Below, piece by piece: positions 61,703-64,000 of a DNA stretch of 64,000 nucleotides. The stretch is taken from positions 2,852,001 through 2,916,000 of the forward strand of contig NC_135901.1 in assembly GCF_964194155.1 (NCBI RefSeq), read 5' to 3'. The notes beneath the pieces were generated by a model, which ran no database searches, was not told where the DNA came from, and saw only the letters and a list, made by a program, of their open reading frames with translations. The position numbers and the translations under genes are program-made. Origin of the DNA: Cetorhinus maximus (taxonomy: Eukaryota). How positions within the stretch are numbered: the stretch's first letter is position 1; each line of letters opens with the position of its first letter.

Positions 61703-61741
61703 TGTTCTTGATCGGGTCCAGCCCTGGATCCTCTCGCTGTG
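61703..61741 (-). other. VH 23-bp-spacer RSS
   Basis: cacagcg + 23 nt + tcaagaaca (variant nonamer). Confidence 0.85.
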
Positions 61742-62220
61742 TTCTGCTGCACAGTAATAGATGGCGGTGTCTTCAGTCTTCAGGCTCGTCATGTCCAAGG
61801 AGAAGATGTTCCTTGAAGTGTCTTTGGACGCAGTAAATCGATTCTTAATTTCTGGGGCGTAGTTGTTGTCCGATGAACTATAGTAGTAAACCAGCCACTC
61901 CAGCCCCTGTCCGGGAACCTGTCGGACCCAGTGCATCCAGTAGCTGCCAAGATCGAAGCCACTGGTTTTACAGGTCAGTCTCAGGGAGCCTCCGGGACGC
62001 CCGGTCTCTGCCTCTGGCTGAGTCAACACAACCTCCGACTGGACACCTGTAAAAATATATCAAAAACCCAGGGGATTAATCCTGGTGAACCGATTCCTGA
62101 CTCTGTAACATTCCAGAGAAAGACTAACACTGAGACAGTAACAGTGAGAGACTTGGACAATAAAAACTACTCACGGGATAAGAAAGTCAGCAACAAACTG
62201 AGAGAAATCGCCGACCTCAT
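61742..62220 (-). CDS. IGHV: IgM-type VH gene segment, intact (leader 62175-62220, V exon 61742-62046)
   Basis: [15 protein letters not shown]|[70 protein letters not shown]. Confidence 0.96.
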
Positions 62221-62304
62221 CCTTCTGGTCATTTGGGGAAAATGGTTCTGTCCAGAACTCAGTGAACAAACCAGCTCCCGGACTGTTGGATTCCGGTCCC
62301 AGTG

Positions 62305-62365
62305 AGCGGCATTTAAATACCAGGCAGAAGGGGGCGGGTTTCCAGGCGCCGCCTGTTGATTCCCT
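62305..62365 (-). promoter_or_regulatory. VH promoter: TATA-like tatttaaat, GC box, CTCF-like site
   Basis: tatttaaat at about 62311-62319, gggggcggg, and tcaacaggcggcgcc at 62345-62359. No octamer was seen nearby. Confidence 0.5.
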
Positions 62366-62981
62366 GGTGGAGGCGGCGACTGGATCCACGCCCCACCTTC
62401 CACATCCCCAACAGAATGGACTCAGATATTTACAATGGGTTATTGTTAAAAGTGGACATTATATCTGTATCGGGATATTTGGCTGAATGGATTTATTGTA
62501 ATGTCTCCAGTGGTTCTAATGGTGAAATTACAGTTGAGCATCTGTTAATAAAAATATAATTCCATTGTAAATTAAGTCCATTTATTTCTACACTACCTCA
62601 CAAGGGGCTGAACCTAAAACAATAAATTACATTATCAGGGAATAAAGGGACTGTCAGCCTTTGTTGCAGCAACTCCGGGTCTCTATCTCATTCCAGCAAT
62701 AAAGTATCATCAGTCATAGGAATTATTATTGATTTATGTAACTAAATGCGGGAGATGAACAAAGTGATTTTATTAACAATGTGGGTGGTTATCGCTGTAC
62801 AATTTGGGTCCGGAGATAAGAAGAATCTCCTCACATTGTACAATGTCTCTCATTGCATTTCCCGAACTGCCCCTGACCCTATGACAGCCCTTTGAAAATT
62901 AGCGGTTTAAGAAACCCGCCTTCCTGATAATTAAACAGTAAGTTTACACAGAAACGTAAAATTTACATCAACTCTTGACAG

Positions 62982-63264
62982 AGAAGTTAATGAATCAGGA
63001 CGGACACGGCGATCAACAAAGTTATCCTTCAGCATCCAAATCACTGCAGATAATTCTATTGACCACCGGCTGTCTACCATTCACTGGTATTGGGAACACA
63101 GGGTATCAGGGCTTTACGGCATATTACACAATATCACAAGAATAAATGTTTTATCTTCCACTGAAGCGGGTCATGAACTGGCCATTTCTCCACTCATTGG
63201 CAGCTATGAGAGGGACTGTTAAATAATCGAAATGAGCACAAATTAAACTGTACAGTACACGGTG
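62982..63264 (+). pseudogene. Possible heavily decayed TCR-type V relic
   Basis: gtaagt donor at about 62938 and acceptor ttgacag at 62981. IQI..C..STIHWYWEH is read across frameshifts, then a YYC-like aattaaactgtacagta and cacggtg at 63258-63264. The length is V-exon-like, but there is no nonamer. Confidence 0.3.
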
Positions 63265-64000
63265 CTAATCGGGTATAAGAGACTCCTCAGGTTAAATGAG
63301 GTGCAGAACTCTGAGAATATTCAAGGAATTCCTGCGGGTTCGAGACAATTCTATGATTTTCTTTTAATTTAATTTCTTTTCTTTTTTTGTCATTCTACTC
63401 AGCTCATTAGACTGGGGGATTGGGACCATCAACATCGCTCTCTCGCACTTCATGAAGTTCTTAATAAACCGGCTTTAATAACTGGAATGTCCTTTACTTA
63501 GAAATAATATAAATTAAATAGTATACGGCCAATTTCCTGATCGTGTTTAACCTCAGCGAACACGGCATTCATTAAAATGTTTCCTTAGATGAAATGCCAT
63601 TTAAAATGTGCCTTTCGTGTGCGACAGAAACATTTATTGTTTGAATGGCTAAATCCCATTTTCTTCATTCATATCCAGGCTAATCTGCCCCACACAGTAT
63701 TTGGCAGCAAGCCAGCCGGCTGCAGTCAGGGAGGCTCGAATGTCCAATGTTATTTACAGGAAGCATCTGCGGGTTTGTGCAGTAAATGAAAGATCTGTTT
63801 CCTCAGTACTGACCGCTTGGCTGCCAGCCAACTTCAAACCCTTAACATTGTCAACAAGGCCTATTTATAACAAATCTACCCAGCAACAACACTGGAGTCA
63901 GCTTTATTTTTTAAATTGTGAACTTATGTGGACTGTGCCCAGCTCTCAGGAAAGAAAAGTTATCCAGCTTCTCTGACACTCTGTCAGCATCAATGGCTCA

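Overview
Vertebrate genomic DNA from a cartilaginous fish (shark). This is inferred from the cluster-type IgH organisation, a VH resembling horn-shark-type IgM VH from memory, and shark-type SINE/CR1/Penelope repeats. The window is an antigen-receptor locus, and most long ORFs in the track are low-complexity or retroelement artefacts. 1-18.5 kb: an array of T-cell-receptor alpha/delta-type V segments. Three are intact leader+V+23-RSS genes (5776, 8393, 9596), one has an intact V exon and RSS but a frameshifted leader (16828), and the rest are pseudogenes, one inverted. A decayed orphan IgH transmembrane/3'UTR block (14.9-15.7 kb) sits among them. 19-43 kb: a spacer holding a decaying tRNA array (two intact tRNA-Val plus Val/Ser/Leu relics), Penelope-derived elements with minimal hammerhead-like cores, and a near full-length CR1 LINE. 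44.2-62.2 kb, minus strand: a complete IgM minilocus (leader-VH-D1-D2-JH-Cmu1-4-secretory tail-TM1-TM2). Its V, D, J, RSSs, splice sites and TM exons are intact, but the constant region carries a Cmu1 frameshift, a Cmu4 nonsense codon and an apparently shortened Cmu2. The main observation is physical interleaving of IgH and TCR V genes, with a recombination-competent but antibody-dead IgM cluster facing the TCR V array. That is the arrangement expected of a VH donor for IgH-TCRdelta chimeric receptors. All coordinates were read by eye and no searches were run.
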